DNA from: Podarcis filfolensis
Lineage: Eukaryota
Assembly (NCBI GenBank): GCA_964270895.1
Contig: OZ185441.1
Length of the DNA stretch: 64,000 bases
Reading direction: 5' to 3' (one strand)
Shown: positions 60,180 through 64,000 of the stretch, in pieces
How the letters are laid out: each line of letters starts with the position of its first letter
Numbering within the stretch: the first letter of the stretch is position 1
Made by a program: the position numbers and the translations under genes
Notes under the pieces: model-generated
The model's database searches: none
What the model was told of the DNA's origin: nothing
The model's input: only the letters and a program-made list of their open reading frames with translations

Positions 60180-63100
60180 AAAAAGTTGTTTAGCTTATGT
60201 TTTTAATATAGCAATCAAAGAAAATCCCAAATACTGTACAATAAAGTGTAATATAGTACACTGTTATAATACACTATTGATACAATACAGATAAAAAAAA
60301 AAACAAATTAGTACAGCAATCACAAATAAAATCTGAGTGTGCTGAACAGCCAGCATTGTGAACATGGTATCATTGCTATTCTAATTGTATTCAATTTGTA
60401 AAGCACTTGCTGTTTTCAAAGGTTTCCTAAATATATACAGTACTAATGCTTATTTATACATTTTTTTACTCAATTACTTCCAAAAGTGCACTATTTCTCT
60501 TCCTGGCAATAACCTTCATTAAAATAAAATCTAAAAATATGAATCACTGTTCAGTCTTTAAACTTTACTACAATCATAGGGGCAAAGTTGGAATGCTGCC
60601 TTAAAGTATTTTAAATGCAACACTTTAAAATACTATGGGATATTCACAAGTATATATTGAACGAAGCTTTTTGCTGGAATGTCAGTCCCCAAACTGAGGT
60701 TGTGACAGTCTGATTAGCATCCAGCATGTCAAACTGACCCAAAGAAAAAGTAGCTTAGATCTGAATTCTAAGCATACACATAATTGAGTTCCACTAGAAT
60801 TGGTGGAAATCGGGGATAATTCACACACATTGGGCTTATATGAAATCTAGGTGGGTTGCATGCGCACAGGGAAGAGCAATCATCAAAGCCCTCCATTATG
60901 CAGATATACTCAAATTCGTCCCTTCAGAAAAAAGCCATTTTGGTTTCGGAAAATACATCCTTTCTATAGCATTTAGTATACAGCTGCAGCAATGGTCTTC
61001 TGTGATCTTTACTAAAGCAGAGAATAGACATCATGTCTGGACCATAAACACAGCAACTAAATACTGACCCTATAACAAGTCAATTTCAACTGAAAATGTA
61101 GATTATTTAAGGCTAAATGAGAGGAACACATTATACAGGCAAAGAAGGGGAAAGATCAAATATTATTTTTAAAAATCAGAAACTTTGTTACACCTTGCTA
61201 CTTTATTTTTAGCTGGGTAGAAGTATACTACAACAAACATTCAAAAGTGAAATTAAGTGAGCAAGCCATTTTTTCAGTTGTGAAATAATTACGGTAAGTT
61301 TTTAAAGCTGAAACATCCAAGGGTTGACTCTCCAGAGAAATATAGAACAGTAATGTAGTAAGTGCACCTTGTACACCCACTAAAGTACTACTAATGGAAA
61401 GCAAATCAGTATGCAGCAATTCCAGAAATTTCTAGAATGCACTTACTTCTTCATTTTTCTTCTCTGATTGTACAGAATTTACTCCCTCCTGAGTAAACCA
61501 GTGTATTGGTGCTGCTGTGCTACTACTGTATTCCCACTTCCCATTCATATTTTTATATATACATTAAACTTGCTGTTCAAGAACAAGCTTTTTTGACCGA
61601 CTTAACAGTGTTTGAAAGAAAACCATGGCCTTTCAACTGTCGAATTTTAGACCCACACACATCAGAAAGCCTGACGGTTGGTGAATAATAAGAGACAGAA
61701 TTTGGAAATGTCTAAAGGAAATGCACTTCAGGCATCCCCTTGCCACATCTAAGATATTCCATAAATTCATTTTATAGAGGACTCTCAATTACTCGCTGAA
61801 GCTGCAATCCTGTAACTAGTTGCATGTGCTTAAGCTTACTAAGTGAACTATATCACGTTAGTGGCAACTATGTGTCATCAAAGTGAATGAGACCACCATT
61901 TATTTGTGCACATTAATCCCATTAACTTTGATAGAGATAAGCCTACATTGCACACTTGCAATATAAAAAATTAAATGTTAACGTTTCCCCAACATACTTA
62001 AAGCTACAGCAGTATTTTTTCCATAACGCTCCTAAGCCAGGATGAGAAAACCTGTGGCCTTCCATGAATATTGGCCATGCTGGCTGGGGTGGAATAAGTT
62101 GGATGGCATCTAGAAGGTCACAGGTTTCTCAGCCCTGTCCTAATCCTTTACTATTTTCATTTTACAAATAGAGCATTGCAAACATCTTTTCAACACATCA
62201 CACAAGGGCAAGAATACAAAGTGAATAACTTTGTATTTTTATTTTCTGAGAAGGGAAAAATTAAGAGTCATAACACAATTCCTCAAGAGAAAGGATTTCT
62301 ACAAGGAACAGAAAAGATGTACTTAACTCTTAGTTCACACCACATTAAATTATAAAATCACCCATGCCTTCCCAACTTTACAGCTCTTGTTCATTTATAC
62401 ATGCATTTTGCGTAAAGGATGTTGACAATTATCCTCCTTTGCACACAATGAAAAACCACCAAAGTATTTCCAAGCCAAGAAGAAAAATATCAAACCACCA
62501 GGCTGTTTATCAACCCTATAATCCAAGCCAATTTTAAGCTAACAGTGGCCATGATTCTCATCCAAAGAATCCTGGGAACCGTAGCTCTGTGCTATAAATC
62601 CCCCACAAAAATATTTCCAAAAATACTGGAATTCCCAAGCTTATGTAATAGAAGCCAGAGATGTTAACTGAATTTTCAGGATTTAGATATCCAGTGCAGA
62701 TATCCATATGGTCAGAGAAATAGTAGTTACATTCTGGTTTGTCTCACAAGCCATCTCATAATATATTAAATGCTACCTTTTAAACTGGGGCATGGGATAC
62801 TGCTGTGCCAGAAAGTCCAATATCACCCACCCCTGCACAATCCCTTGTGAATGGAAAACACTTTGGGCCACGGCCACAAGTCTGGTTGTGCGTTTGTTAG
62901 AAGTTACAGTGGTTTTTTATATTCCGCCTCAAGCATCCTGTTCTGTGTGGCATGATCAATTTTAGAATTCCCTATTTACATCACATATTTCATTTCTTGA
63001 CCAAATTAAGCAGCAAAACTATATATTTGAAATCATTTATTTATGAAAGTTGTATTTGTATGTTTTATATATAAGCAGTGCATGAAATAACAAAAGATTT

Positions 63101-64000
63101 AGTCCCTGAATGAGAAAAGCAAAAAGGGTGTTTGAATGGATTAATATAGTTGAATGAACCAAGGCAGTTTTACCTTCGGTTAATTTCCCATATAAAAAAT
63201 AAACCTTCCCTTACTTGGGACATTTTATCATAGCATTGCTTAGAGGTTTCCTGTGTGATTATAACTGCAGAAAGTGTGAGCATATTTTCAGAATATAAAC
63301 ATTAATACAAACTTAGTATTTGTGGACCAGGTAAAACTTGCATGTTGAGTAAACACTGGCTTCAATAGCTAAGCACTTCAGATTTCTTTTCAGTATCTCT
63401 TCTGTATTATAAGTCGTTTACTGTTTCAAGTTTATTTTCATTAGATGAAGCAGTAATAATGCACATAAAACAGAAATAAGCAAAGAGGCAAAAGTGCAAC
63501 ATCAGTATCAAGATAAATATTCTATCTTTACGGAGCAAATACTATGGCTGCTTAGTAAAAAATGGCACTGTAGATCTGATGAATATGCTGTTTAAGTGGA
63601 TGACAGTTTAATCAACGTGATGCATGAAGACTTGCATAAAAGTGAAACACTAAGGATTTCCCATTTCAGGGAGTCAAAAAGAAACTGTTACTATATCGCT
63701 GAAAATCTGATGAAACTTCTGTTAAATTCCATTAATCCAACATGCTTAGAAAGTGTTAATAGCCAGCACTGATAACCAACTGTTATTTTTCAAAATCTTC
63801 CTGCACAAAAAGCAATTCCTTATTAGCCTGCTGCAGTTTCTTAAAATACCTGCATACTATTGCCTTTGCAATGTAAAGCACACAATAGTACTTTACCAGC
63901 TCAAAATTAAACATGCAATCACTAGCCAACGGGGCAATGAAAAAGCTGTGCTGGCTCAGTCTGCCATGCATTGCTGCATCACCTTTGCTTTAGATTCATC
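60180..64000 (-). other. VCPIP1: Probable distal 3'UTR of VCPIP1 (coding exons lie outside the window); candidate ATTAAA signal at 60201-60206
   Basis: Inference only. The known gene order is ADHFE1-VXN-MYBL1-VCPIP1(-), and this tract is long, AT-rich, repeat-poor and UTR-like on the minus strand. No VCPIP1 coding sequence is seen. Confidence 0.5.
62038..62137. mobile_element. hAT MITE remnant (100 bp)
   Basis: caggatgagaaaacctgtggcc ... ggtcacaggtttctcagccctg; TSD tcctaagc / tcctaatc (7/8). Confidence 0.75.

Noticed and set aside
63783-63971. 62-aa minus-strand ORF as a possible VCPIP1 C-terminus
   Set aside because: No similarity to the VCPIP1 C-terminus as I recall it; looks like UTR.

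Overview
Vertebrate genomic DNA, almost certainly a squamate reptile and probably a lacertid lizard (inferred from the SINE/LINE/MITE families and protein divergence). It is syntenic with the human chr8q13 block. From left to right: the last six coding exons of ADHFE1 (+, 189-6138); a complete six-exon VXN/C8orf46 gene (+, 11171-22852, 209 aa); a complete 16-exon MYBL1/A-MYB gene (-, 53505 to 36399, 749 aa) with a CpG-island promoter; an intact intron-containing tRNA-Tyr(GTA) gene about 0.9 kb upstream of the MYBL1 ATG; and an AT-rich 3'UTR-like tract at the right end, probably VCPIP1. All exon boundaries were read by eye, are GT-AG and keep frame. Introns and intergenic DNA carry Tc1/mariner (Tigger-like, Tc2-like) and hAT MITEs, SINEs and L1/L2/CR1 fragments. 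There is no prokaryotic system or CRISPR array. The best leads are: (1) two inverted, hairpin-rich Tc2-like MITEs that closely bracket MYBL1 exons 9-10, a 588-nt phase-0 block whose back-spliced circle would have no stop codon; (2) a degenerate SH3-like exon in VXN; (3) two uORFs in the MYBL1 leader, one overlapping the start codon; (4) the tRNA gene next to the MYBL1 promoter. Comparisons with human proteins are from memory, not from a search.
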